Origin: Octopus bimaculoides
Taxonomy: Eukaryota
NCBI RefSeq assembly: GCF_001194135.2
Contig: NC_068984.1
Coordinates: forward strand, 5,827,741-5,891,740
Length of the DNA: 64,000 nt
Reading direction: 5' to 3'
Made by a program: the position numbers and the translations under genes. This document shows positions 39,404 through 51,178 of the stretch, piece by piece. A model generated the notes under the pieces. It was given only the letters and a program-made list of their open reading frames with translations, did not search any database and had not been told where the DNA came from. Each line of letters begins with the position of its first letter. Within the stretch, counting starts at the first letter, position 1.

Positions 39404-39919
39404 AAGGGAGAGAGAAAGAGTTGGAGAAAAGAGAGGGAGTGTATGTTCCTGACACCTATCGAAGTGACACCTGTCGATTTTAAAATCTCACAACACCATG
39501 CAACTACACAGATCGCTGCAAATAAAAATCTACCAGAGCTTTAGAGATCAATAATTTCGATTAAGGCCATACGTAAGGCTGACGTCACGAAACTCACGTT
39601 GAATCGGTAAAACTGCAGGTAAGCACCAATGGAAGGGATTATTAGAAGATTTCCGAACGTGTGTTCCACTTATTCCACATTTTTATGGTAATCCTTTGGG
39701 GATGGCTCGATGGCATTAAGTGTTGGACCGTGCAGGCTCTTCAATTGGATGTAATTAAAGTAGCCGGAATGCGTGTGTTGGTGGTGGTGGGCAGAATGGG
39801 ATAGTTAAGTGTGCGTTTCACCATTATCACTATAAAATATATTGTCTACACGTGAAGAAGTATGTGTGCGCGCATCTCTCTCTCACTCATATATATATAT
39901 ATATATAAGGTTTTTTATG

Positions 39920-40328
39920 TGAAATCGTGTGTTGAAACAGATGTTGTTGTACTTGGGGATGGTCATATTGCCAGTTTAGCCAATAAAAACACACGCACTG
40001 TATATTTGGTGTTAATTTTTTTTTTTCAGCTTTATATTACATTAATCTTAATCTTAATCTTATTTCGGCCAGAGTTCTTTCGTCACACTTCTGTGACCTC
40101 ATCAGTGGTCCTTTGTTTCCTTCTTTCTTATGTGTGTCTCACCTTGCTAACTATCAGCCATAAGATTAAGATTAAGATTAATGTAATATAAAGCTGGAAA
40201 AAAAAAAAAAAAAAAAAAAAANNNNNNNNNNNNNNNNNNNNNNNNNNNNNNNNNNNNNNNNNNNNNNNNNNNNNNNNNNNNNNNNNNNNNNNNNNNNNNN
40301 NNNNNNNNNNNNNNNNNNATCCCCAAGT

Positions 40329-40335
<7 letters not shown>
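39920..40335. mobile_element. Fold-back insertion of a PLE-like terminal repeat containing a second hammerhead
   Basis: Arms 39944-40063 and 40160-40335 (the latter broken by a gap) are reverse complements; the 96-bp loop holds the ribozyme. Confidence 0.65.
40067..40111 (-). ncRNA. Minimal type I hammerhead ribozyme, second family
   Basis: GGACCA-CUGAUGA-g-GUCAC[agaagu]GUGAC-GAAA-GAAC-UC/-UGGCC; core intact, C17 cleavage site, helix I has one bulge. Confidence 0.65.
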
Positions 40336-40366
<31 letters not shown>

Positions 40367-40933
40367 CACACACACACACACTGTCGCACACACGTGTTTT
40401 CTGTGTGAGCTTGCGTGCGCATGGACATATGTATGTCCGTATACGTGCGTGTACATGTAGATGCAATGCTAGAATATATATATATGATACTATAGCCGAA
40501 TGGTTGCAAATGCAGCTTTGCAGTAATGGCTCGGGGTTCGCTCCCAGTGGGTACCATGTTGGGAAATTGATTTTACTGTTGTCTCGTGGCAACTCGAGCC
40601 ATGAGTGAATTTGGGTGGACGGAAACAAGGCGAATTGGCAGAGTGTATGGGGCGCCAGATATAGTGGTTTCAGGTATTTCTATCCGTGTTGCACTCAGTT
40701 CACATCCCACCATGAAGAACTTTGCATTTCATCCTTTCAAATGTTCCGAGAATCCAAGAGTAAATAGAGGCCAGAGAATTGGCGGAAATTTTAGACCGAA
40801 GAATAGAAATAATCTGCAGTGAAATGTGTTGGCTCCGAACCTAACTGATAGGCTTTTTTTTTTTTTTACAGAAAAACTAATTATACAATTGTTTAGTTAA
40901 TTGGTTAACGTTGAATAAGAATAATCATAATCT

Positions 40934-41546
40934 CAAATTTTTGCCACAAGGGCAGCTTAGGGGGAGGGGGATTAAATCGATTACATGGACCTCAGTGCGT
41001 AACTGGTACTTATTTAATCGATCCCGAAAGGGTGAAAGGCAAAGTCGACCTCAGTGGTATTTGAACGTAAAGACAGACGTAATGCCAGTAAACATTTTGG
41101 CCGGAGTGCTAACGATTCTGCCAGCCGGCAGCGTTAATAATAAGAATCCTTTCCACAATAGGCACCGGGCGTGACATTATAAGGGCGGGGGATAGTCGAT
41201 TACATCGACCCCAGGGTTTCACTGGTACTTAATTTATCGACGCTGAAAGGATGGAAGGCAAAGTCGACCTCGACGGAATTTGAATTCAGAACGTAGAGAC
41301 AGGCTAAATACCTATTTCTTTACTGCCCACAAGGGGCTACACACAGAGAGGACGAAAAAGGACAGACAAACGGATTAAGTCTATTATATCGACCCCAGTG
41401 CGTAACTGGTACTTATTTAATCGATCCCGAAAGGATGAAAGGCAAAGTCGACCTCGGCGGAATTTGAACTCAGAACGTAGCGGCAGACGAAATACTGCTA
41501 AGCATTTCGCTCGGCGTGCTAACGTTTCTGCCAGCTCGCCGCCTTA
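40934..41546 (-). mobile_element. Three SINE family C copies stacked head to tail or nested
   Basis: GAAAGGCAAAGTCGACCTC core occurs three times (about 41035, 41255, 41440); the third copy has the subfamily 2 tail and truncates the second. Confidence 0.88.
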
Positions 41547-41559
41547 ATAATAATAATTT

Positions 41560-41990
41560 CTTTATTAACTACAAAGGGTTTACATTAAGACAGGCATTGT
41601 GGACAGTGCAAGACAAAGAATGTGTGTGTATGTATGTGAGTGTGTGTTGTGAGGGTTTTGCGTGGAAACAAGATTAACACAATGGAAAAAAAATTCAACA
41701 ATATGTAATCCTCAATAGTAAGGAGACGTTTGAGGGCTGCTCATGGAGAATCCCCATAAAAACCATGGGTACCCCGACTTTGTGAGCAGGTGCCTTTTTT
41801 TCTTTTCTCCAACTACAAGCGCATGCTCGGGGCAGGCCTGTTGACTCGCACCATTCTCGCCACTTTCATCCACCTTTCAGCAAACTGGCTGAAAGACAAC
41901 ACATCCCTCTCTACCCTTAGAACCAGCGCGCGTGTCCTATTTCAGCGCTTAATAACTCTTCCAAGAAAGAAGAGACAACAACATTTCGTA
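41560..41990 (-). mobile_element. Probable L1/Tx1-type LINE 3' end
   Basis: Minus-strand FAERWMKVARMVRVNR resembles the L1/Tx1 ORF2 C-terminus (F..RW); followed by UTR-like sequence. Confidence 0.45.
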
Positions 41991-42530
41991 TAATCTTAAA
42001 GTATGTGTACATAGAACCATAACAGACCTATATAGACCATCTATTAACAGCCAAAGCTTCATTTGCAAATTATAAATTGCATTCCTTGACTTTATACGAT
42101 GGTTGAACATGAAGACATTCTGACAGGCATGAATTATTAGTTTCTTTCTAAAACACATCCAGCTGTCAGCCACACAACATCGTTTATAAAATATTTAATG
42201 TATACACAGTTTTCACGAGGCTATATTAGCGATGTGGCTCTTACTCTCTCTCTCTCCCCGCTTCTGTGTGTATGTGTGTTTACGTACGCAGATATACGCA
42301 GTGTGTGTGTGTATACATACACATATACATGCACACACTTCTTACACATACAGGCAGGTGCACACACAAACACATATATATATATATACATAGATACACC
42401 ACAAAGAAACAGGAAATATGAAATATTAAAAGAGGAAACATTAAAATTAAAATCATCGTCTACTTATTGATTATCATTAAAAGATATTGAGAAATTAAAA
42501 TTTTACACAATCCTCATAAAAATTGCCGAC

Positions 42531-42567
<37 letters not shown>

Positions 42568-42749
42568 ATGCTAATATTCATAATGACACTGTAGAAATAT
42601 TTGAACATCTGTGTTCGTACCTAAAAGTAAGCACCGTTACGTCTGGATAAATAAATATTTAGATGGCTAATCATATAATTACGCTATCAACAGATGGAAG
42701 AATTGTTTGGGCCATTTATGAACACACAAACCTACAAACCCAGTTATGC

Positions 42750-42900
42750 TCAGCCTCGTTGAATTAATTGTATTGGATGTAATTGTCAAAACATTTCTGC
42801 GACCTGGTCACTCTCATTGCAGTTGCGATTCGGCAATGGAATTGTTTAAACGCAGTTCTTCGCCAATAAGAGTATGTGAAGAAAGAAGTTTGGCTCTTGA
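42750..42900 (-). mobile_element. Helitron PIF1-helicase C-terminal scrap
   Basis: AKLLSSHTLIGEE and FKQFHCRIATAMRVTRSQKCFD resemble Q.P.RLAFAMTINKSQGQTF. Confidence 0.45.
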
Positions 42901-42904
42901 GAAT

Positions 42905-43328
42905 TTATTTTTGACTGCGGCCATGCTGGAGCATCGACTTTAGTCGAGCAAATCGACCCCAGGACTTATTCTTTGGAAGCCTAGTACTTATTCTATCTGT
43001 CTCTTTTGCCGAACTGCTAAGTTACGGGGGCGTAAACACACCAGCATCGGTTGTCAAGCGATGTTGTGGGGGACAAACACACACAAAGGTACACACACGC
43101 GCACACACACATNNNNNNNNNNGTGGTTTGCTTCCCGAACCACATTGTTCCAGGTTCACTACACACGTACAAATATATAAGTGTGTGTGTGTTTGTATGA
43201 CGCTTGAATTTCCGTTCATTACATCCGCTTTAGTCGGGCCGAAGCTATAGTAGAAGACACTTGATCAAGGTGCATCGCAGTAGGACTGAACCTGGAACAA
43301 TGTGGTTCGGGAAGCAAACCACTTGCTA
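42905..43328 (-). mobile_element. SINE family A spanning a 10-N gap
   Basis: Tail GACTGCGGCCATGCTGGAGC, body, and head GGACTGAACCTGGAACAATGTGGTTCGGGAAGC. Confidence 0.85.
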
Positions 43329-43379
43329 TACATGTACGCTTGTGCATATATCATCGTGTATATATATAGTATATATAAT

Positions 43380-44040
43380 TATGGAGTGAATTTTAGGGCT
43401 CATAAATCTAATATTTCCTATCCTTCCTTAATACCAGTTCCCATATGTTGTTCATATCTGCACTCGGTCTGCTTAGTAGGTTATTACGTCCCAGCATATG
43501 AGCTGCTTCTTTTAGTTTTCGTATTTTCCAGTGGTGTTCTCTGTCTATTATTTTAGTTTCATCTTAGAGGGGGAGGTGGTCTCCATTTTTCCATACATGA
43601 TCAGCTATACCCGATTTATCAAGATCTCCTCGTTTCATAGCTTATTCTCCCCGTGTCACAGCGATGTTCCTCTACCCTTATTTTGAGGGGCATTTTCGCC
43701 TTTGCATAACCTAGCACAGCTGCATAGGATGGAGTACACGCAGTTCTTGGTAATATTCTCTTCTATTGACGGTTTTACTCGAAGGAGATATTTGCGAAGT
43801 ATTGTATTACTCTTGAATGCTGTTCTGGTGTCATATGGGCCGCATATCTTTTGTATCTTTTCGGAGAAGCCTTTCACATAGGGTAGACAGACTGTGCACA
43901 GTTTATCGGTTTCATCCCCTCTTTTCTTCCAAATTGGAGTCGAGAGTATGCTTTTGGGATAGTTGTTGCTTAATAGATTGTTACTGAGCTGGATCATTTC
44001 TTCGTGGTGGGTAAGTCGCGGTCGTGACCGTTTCATGCTT
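43380..44040 (-). mobile_element. Penelope-like element, RT-linker plus GIY-YIG endonuclease, pseudogenised
   Basis: CLPYVKGFSEKIQKICGPYD...NCVYSILCSCARLCKGE...RVEEHR...KSGIADHVWKNGDHLPL*DETKIIDREHHWKIRKLKEAAHM...WELVLRKDRKY*. Confidence 0.9.
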
Positions 44041-44762
44041 CCTTCACCACCATATACGAGACTAAACTTTACAAATTGTCCTTCCTTTATTAATAAAACG
44101 TCTTATATGTTTTAGATATGACTGCTATATTCAGCACATCACAAATAGAATCTTTGATCAGTTTTGTTGCTGTTGTTGCAGCTTCTTGTCTGTTCTATTT
44201 ATTGTTGTTGTTGCTGCTGTTACTTTTCTTGCTTTGATCAAACGTTGTTGCTACGGTCGGACACTTTGGAAGTTCTTACTATCGTAGCGATGGTTGTTCT
44301 CTCCCCAGTTGTACCTGATGATCATCTTGTATTTCATATCTACTTACTTTATTGATTATCCCACGTCAGCTGATCAAATAAATCTGTGATCAGAGATTCC
44401 AACCGTGACCACTCCGTCCGCGTTTTCATCTTAAAACCTTTTATCTAGGTTTACATCTATCACCCGATTGTTTCAATTTTTACTTTATGGATACGAGGCT
44501 GCTATTTCTAGCAACTCCAGTGGCCTCGTAATGGTAGAGAACGTTTTATGTTCTTGGGACGCGCCCGCGCACACTCAGACTGGAAACTATACTGGGCAAC
44601 ACCGTTTTTGCTGGTATATAAGACTTGTTTTTGACCAATTAGGAGACGCTGAACCATCCAACCTCATTCGTTTTGCCCCATCACCTAAATATTTTGTTTT
44701 ATTACATATCCCTCCCTATTTTTATAAATCACTGTTGAAAAACATCTCGTTACAATGGCAAC

Positions 44763-45152
44763 GTGGAGGCGCAATGGCCCAGTGGTTAGAGCAGCTAACT
44801 CGCGGTCATAGGATCGCGGTTTCGATTCCTAGACCGGGCGTTGTGAGTGTTTATTGAGCGAAAACACCTAAAAGCTCCACGAGGCTCCGGCAGGGGATAG
44901 TGGCGAACCCTGCTGTACTCTTCCACCACAACTTTCTCTCACTCTTACTTCCTGTTTCTGTTGTGCCTCTAATTCAAAGGGTCAGCCTTGTCACACTGCG
45001 TCACACTGAATGTCCCCGAGAACTACGTTAAGGGTACACGTGTCTGTAGAGTGCTCAGCCACTTCCACGTTAATTTCACGAGCAGGCTGTTCCGTTAATT
45101 GGATCAACTGGAACCCTCGACGTCGTAAGCGACGGAGTGCCAACAACAAAGA
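44763..45152 (+). mobile_element. SINE family B, full length, with 11-bp TSD
   Basis: TSD ACAATGGCAAC at 44752-44762 and 45153-45163. Confidence 0.92.
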
Positions 45153-46069
45153 ACAATGGCAACACACATTTTCGATGTCTTAAAACTTAAACCTCTTCTC
45201 TGGTATATTTGAGAGTGAAGCTGGAAAAGAAAAGGGTTGTTAAGTTGTGTAAAGAATACCCCAACACCGAAGCTGAAAATGAGGACAAAAACGTCCCCTT
45301 GATTAACCCCTCATTCGACCACTGATTATGTTGGAGACATAAATCAATTATATTCTTTTTGATCATTTTTATCTTGTTATTTGTAATTTTGTTTGCGCTA
45401 TTTCTAATTATTCTTGAAGCTACGATGAGATAATTTTATCATAATCTATTTTAAACAATATATAACTGACACAGACCGGATCATTCCAGTGCAATATTTC
45501 TAATTTAAAAGGAAATAAGTCGTAACACATTACATTAATAAGACGGCAACGGGGACAAATGAACATTGGTGTGAAACGGCTTTAAATGTTGCGAACCAGT
45601 TACGACTGGTTTGAACCAGGTGAACCCTGTTCAAATTCTTTGAGAATCTTAATTCTACAAAATAACATGAAAAAAAAAAGAAAAAAGAAGCAAATATGTA
45701 CTTAAATAACTAATTAGAAGTGATTCGAAATGGTTTAAACATCAGTTTGTATTAAAAAATGTAAAAGGCCAGAAAGCGCATGATGAAAGCTGTATTTTAA
45801 TCGGATTAAGTCGAAAATAAATTCACAGTCGGTTCATTTTAAAAATCGGTTCAAACAGTTTAAAACGCATAAAAAATTGGGTTGAACGACTTAAGAATGG
45901 CTGTAACCCCGGTTGCGAAAGATTGAAGCAGAATTCCTTACGATTGGAATTGTTAACATTTGAAAAGGAAGAATATTTTGTAAAAATGAAAACGACTGGT
46001 GATTGCATTATACTAATTAAAAGAAAATTGATTCTCCACATATGACAGAAGGGAAACCGTTGTTGTTAG

Positions 46070-46310
46070 AAATTTTTACACAAGGCCAGCAATTTTTTTT
46101 TTGGGGGGGGGGGNNNNNNNNNNNNNNNNNNNNNNNNNNNNNNNNNNNNNNNNNNNNNNNNNNNNNNNNNNNNNNNNNNNNNNNNNNNNNNNNNNNNNNN
46201 NNNNNNNNNNNNNNNNNNNNNNNNNNNNCAGTATTCGACTGGTACTTATTTTATCGACCCTAAAAGGATGAAAGGCAAAGCCGACCATGGCAGAATTTGA
46301 ACGCAGAACG
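46070..46310 (-). mobile_element. SINE family C spanning a gap
   Basis: CTGGTACTTATTTTATCGACCCTAAAAGGATGAAAGGCAAAGCCGACC. Confidence 0.8.
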
Positions 46311-47117
46311 TTCCTCTAAAACTGATTGCCTTATGCCAAAATTTATAAGAATTACTATTGTCAGTATGTAAGGGCTAATTCATTATGTTGCAAAATATGT
46401 AATCGCTTCCATATATTCTGAAAAAAAAAATGGTTGGGAGCTACCTTAAATATGAAGAAAAAAAAACTGGTTTTCCTGGAAAGGCCTTATTCGGACTGGA
46501 TAAGGCTTTAATGTCCCACAACAACACAAAGACTTGCTTAAACTTGCAAAATTCAGCAAATGTCTTACTGGTGAGATTGAACTAGATTCTTTCCAATATT
46601 TGTATTTTAATGGAAATGGCTTAAATTAATTTGGTTCAGACTTTTGAAACTTGTCCAATATCAGGACGAAAGAATTGTATGATACACACCATCTATAAAG
46701 AGGAACAAAACATATTCCAACATTTTTTCTGTATGATGAAGCTGGTATTTATCAATTTGAGAACCATCAGTTTAGACACCATATGACTGCTATTTCTAGC
46801 AGACCAAGTGACTGCATAGATTCTTTCTACATTAGTGACACACAACATTCCGTTGTGTAGTTAATATTTCTATGAAAATTTTTTTAAATGCCGGGTAAAA
46901 TTTAATTAAGGTTTGACTCGATCAGAGCTGATACTGGAGATAAAAAAATATGCATTTAAAAAAAAAAACTATTCCGTTATAGTTGTCTGAAATATTAAAT
47001 GTATTTTGCAGAAATACATTTAATATTCCAACATCTTATATTTATGTAAAATCAATTAATGCGAAAAGCAACGTTCTTGAATTTCGAATTACTTTTCATA
47101 AGTAAGATACAGGCGAG

Positions 47118-47895
47118 GACAGGCGCAGGCGTGGCTGTGCAATTAGAAGCTGGTTTCCCAACCACATGTTTCCGGGTTCTGTCCCACTACTATAGCCTCA
47201 GGCCCACCAAAGCCTTGTGAGTGGATTTTTGTAGACGGAAACTGAAAGAAGCTCGTCAAGTCGACTAAAACATCTGCGAGATATGCTTAATTCATTGCAA
47301 GTCTTCGTTTTTTATTCTTATCCTAAGCAATTAAATACCTATTTTTTGCCCAACCTTGAGAGACAAAGAGAGAGAGAGAGAAAGAGAGAAATAAAGAGAA
47401 AAAGAAAGAAAGAGAAAAAGGGTGTGTGTGTGTTCTTCACCACTGCTTGATAACAGTGTTGGTGTGTTTACATCACTGTAACTTAACGTTCCGGCAAAAG
47501 ATACCGATAGAATAAGTATCCGGCTTTAAACAAATAAGTACTAAGATCGATTCATTATTTACATTTGACGGATATTTGTCCTCATCTTGTTTGTTGTTAA
47601 CACAACGTTTTGGCTGATGTACTCTCCAGCCTTCATCAGGTGTCTTGAGGAAATTTCGAACCTAGGTTCTCATTCCAAAGGTATTTTTCGATGTTATTAT
47701 TATTATTATTATTATTGTTATTATTCAGGTCACTGCCTGGAATCGAACACGGAATCTTGGGGTTAGTAGCCCAGGCTCTTAACCTCTACGCCATATGCCC
47801 GTGAGCATAAAAACTGTAATATAGAACTGTAAGATCGATTCATTCGACTAAAATTCAAGGCCGTGCTCCAGTATGGCAGCAGTCTAATGACAAAC
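47118..47895 (+). mobile_element. SINE family A in two pieces, tail interrupted by family E
   Basis: Head 47118-47257; body and tail 47430-47556 and 47830-47895. Confidence 0.75.
47557..47829 (-). mobile_element. SINE family E (complete tRNA-like head to hammerhead), with an inverted terminal stub
   Basis: Head GGGCATATGGCGTAGAGGTTAAGAGC...CTACTAACCCC...GTTCGATTCC at 47801 downward; (AAT)n; hammerhead 47599-47644 with G12A; plus-strand stub AATATAGAACTG; 15-bp TSD TAAGATCGATTCATT at 47542-47556 and 47830-47844. Confidence 0.88.
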
Positions 47896-49077
47896 AAGCA
47901 AAAGATGAAAGTAACAAAAAATTCCTGTATTTTCGAAGAGGAGAAAAATGGATATTGAACGCTTCTGCATTCTTTGGTTCATTAAGGGTAGCGGTGTAAT
48001 TGATGAGGTGAAGATCATGAAAGCCACAACAGTGTTAAAATAACAAGACACTAAAACAGAAGGAGGAAATATAGACCAGGTCCGTATAGTTGTTAGCAGT
48101 GTAATGTATTTTAGCATTGATGTGGTTGGAAGAGCAGCGTGTAAGGCTCTTTAAATTGCTTATTACGTTTGGTGCTGAAATCCAGCCGGGAATGTCCTAG
48201 ACTAAATTCAGTTCCTCAAATATAAAAAAGAAAAACCTTTTGATAACAGTTCAAAAAGCAAAATCCTTTACGGAGTTATACGATTCCTCTCAGTCATCAG
48301 TAAATAACAAAAACTAATTCATCACGTGTATAAACACACTGAATTCTAGACTACAACTCCTGTATGTACTTTAGGTTTTTGTTTTATCTAATCTATATTT
48401 TTGCTAAACTGATGATTTGTAGAAAAAAAAAACATTTAATATAAAATAAAAAGAAAAATTTGATGATCATTTTCTTTAAAACTTTAATCATCTAGCTTTG
48501 CCGTCGGCGCCAGTACGGTTTCGCTTCACATCTGACGGTTTCTGTTATCCAATGTTTCATTTTAAAACAAAATTTATACAATCTGTGTGTATTAATATTT
48601 TAAAACTTATCTCTGAGCTAAAACAACATTCAACAATAATTAGCCTACAAAACTTAACGTTTCCTCTATAATGTTTTCCGGGAGGCGTAAAGGCACCAGT
48701 ACAGATTTGCACCCTATCTGATAGCTTTGCTCCTAGACTTTGTGTCATCCAAATTCTTAACTGTTTTCTTTCGCTTCCTGCTTCTACAATAACTACACGA
48801 TACTGATGTTCTCTCGATTTCTTAGAAATATTATTCAAATCTCCTTTTATAGAAGTAATCGTGCCACTCATTCCATTATTATTATTTTTTAAATACTGTC
48901 TTAAATTTCCAGTCCAAAAACAAAAGACAACTATTTTGAACGTTCTGCATGATCTTGAGTTACTTTGCTGAGCCCCTACAGCAGACTTTGTCTACCCTTC
49001 ATGATATTCTCAACGGAATGTTCGCATCGTGTGAACGTTCATAATGATCCGTGGAACCTCAGGTATTGAACAAGTAC

Positions 49078-49790
49078 TGGGTTGGCCAAAAAGTCCGTTC
49101 GATTTTCTAAGCGACAGAAGTTATTCAACACAAAGCAAGTTATTCAGTCAAAGATATAATTACCGTTTCATTTTAGTATCTTCTGTCATCTTGTGGGCAA
49201 ACTCACTATCTCTCTTCAAAGAATTTCCTGTCGTTACTGGCGAAAAACTCTTTCAGATGAATCTTTACATCCTCTTCAGTACTGAAGGTCTGTCCTTTCA
49301 AGGAATTTTGAAGGGACAAAAACATGTGGAAATTTGAAGGCGTAAAGTCGAGTGAATATAGAGAGTACAGCAAAACTTCCTAGCCAGGCCTCAGTAACGT
49401 CTACAAAGACGTGTGCGGTGTGGCATTGTTGTCGTGAACGTCAGTGTCTTAACGCTTAGCAAATGCAAGATGTTTCTGGTGGATCACTACGTTTAATTTG
49501 TCCAACCCGTCATGATGCACATTCGATTTGATGGTCCTGTCTGAGAGAAGAAACTCGTGAAAGACAACACCCTTCCAGTTCCACAAAATTAAAAACAAAC
49601 TTTTTGGGGTTAAGTTCGACTTCAGACGTTGTTTGCGGTCGTTCGCCACGCTTTCTCCATGATCGTTTGCGCTTCGAATTGTTGCAGACGATTTATTTTC
49701 GTCCCCTAATTCGTCGCAAATTCGCGTCGAGCTACATTGAAGTTTCAAGTATCTAACGCATGTGCAAAGGGCAGGCTGAAGTTAGCTATT
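49078..49790 (-). mobile_element. Mariner (DD34D) relic, second family
   Basis: TA + TIR CTGGGTTGGCCAAAAAGTCCG; ILWNWKGVVFHEFL, NNATPH, YSLDFTPSNFHMFLSLQNSLKG, LPTRWQK..NGNYIFD. Confidence 0.8.
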
Positions 49791-50392
49791 TGTTAGAGTG
49801 CTTCGAGTTCAGTGTCGACAAATCTTTTGGCCAAATCCAAATATCGATTTTAGCCTTGATTCGTACACTACTCTGAAAACTACGGTTTTTGGTTGAATAT
49901 TCTGTACTTGGGGAACTTATCTTTACGCATTGGGGTCGATTTAATCGACTTGGCTCCTCCCACCAAGCGGTTTGTGCCAAAACTTCAAAGTCAATTAAAT
50001 CGACCCCAGTGCGTAAATTTCATCACCTCCCAAAAGGATGAGAGGCAAAATCGATCTCGCTGGATTTTGAACTCACCATAAAAACGGGCGAAATGCTGCT
50101 GAGCATTTTGTCCAGCATGCTGACGATCCTGCCAACTCGCAGCCTTTCATTGTACAAATATTAAATAATGAACTAAGAGAGAGTTACATATTGAATAACA
50201 GAATTAGTTCATTTATTGAAGAATCATACAAGCAACCTAGTATTTTATTAGTGGACTTGTTAAATCGATTCGATACATTTAGAGGCCATATTCAAATAAA
50301 CAACATATTTGTAATTAACTAATTATAAATACGTTATTTAAATTATTTGCAATTGGTAAATTATAGATATGTAGAATGGATGTAAAACAATG

Positions 50393-50539
50393 AAATTGTC
50401 AGGAACCGCAATCAGAATGATGGAAAGAATGAAATAAAAAAACAGCGAAAATGTCAGGAACCACAATCAGAATTATGAAAGAATGAAATAAAAAACAGTC
50501 AGATTGTCAGGAACCGCAATCAGAATGATGGAAAGAATG
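50393..50539. repeat. 53-55 bp tandem repeat, about 2.7 copies
   Basis: TGTCAGGAACC(G/A)CAATCAGAAT starts at 50397, 50452 and 50505. Confidence 0.9.
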
Positions 50540-50639
50540 CATTTTGTTTTGTTGTTCAATAAATCTTTGTCTTCGCCCATTTCGGCTTTGTCTTTATCAG
50601 TAGTACCCTGGTATTTCTGGTGTTATGACACTAAATAAT

Positions 50640-50873
50640 TTTTTCTACTCTAGGCACAAGTCCCAAAATTTTGGGGGAGGCGACCAGTGGATTAGATCGA
50701 CCCCAGTACCCTACTTAGTGAGGAAATAACTTCTCAGAATTAAGAATCACTTTTAATTATTATTTTACACAACAGGACCATCCACGATTTTCCTTCCTAG
50801 CTAACAAATTTATCGACCCCGAAAGGATGAAATCCAAAGTCGACCTCGGCGGAATTTGAACTCAGAACGTAAA
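50640..50873 (-). mobile_element. SINE family C inserted in the last exon of tubulin copy A, carrying an internal foreign insert of about 97 bp
   Basis: 13-bp TSD GACACTAAATAAT at 50627-50639 and 50874-50886; insert at 50711-50807. Confidence 0.88.
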
Positions 50874-50999
50874 GACACTAAATAATGTACGTTGAATCGT
50901 AGCATCACTACAAATCCATCTCAACCAAACCCGTTCAACTGTACCAATGTCAAAAAATTCTGCACCCAAACATAGCCGTGAACTGTTCACGGATATTTA

Positions 51000-51178
51000 T
51001 AGGCACCAGTGTGGCTGTGTGCTAAGAAGCTTGCTCCTTAACCACTTGGTTCCGGGTTCAGTCCCACTGCGTGGCATCTTCAACATGTGTTTTTTACTAC
51101 AGCTGCGCGCCGACCAAAGCCTTGTGAATGGATTTAGTAGACGGAAGCTGAAAGAAGTCCGTCGTATATATATATATA
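51000..51178 (+). mobile_element. SINE family A 5' half inserted in tubulin copy A
   Basis: GTGGCTGTGTGCTAAGAAGCTTGC...GGGTTCAGTCCCACTGCGTGGC...GAAGTCCGTCGTATATA. Confidence 0.85.

Noticed and set aside
39545-39625. Plus-strand exon ending in CAG|GTAAGC
   Set aside because: All three frames are closed; it could be non-coding but nothing supports it
43123-43322. Perfect 36-bp inverted duplication of the SINE A head (43123-43158 vs 43287-43322)
   Set aside because: It starts exactly at a 10-N gap and is 100% identical, so a misjoin is the simplest explanation
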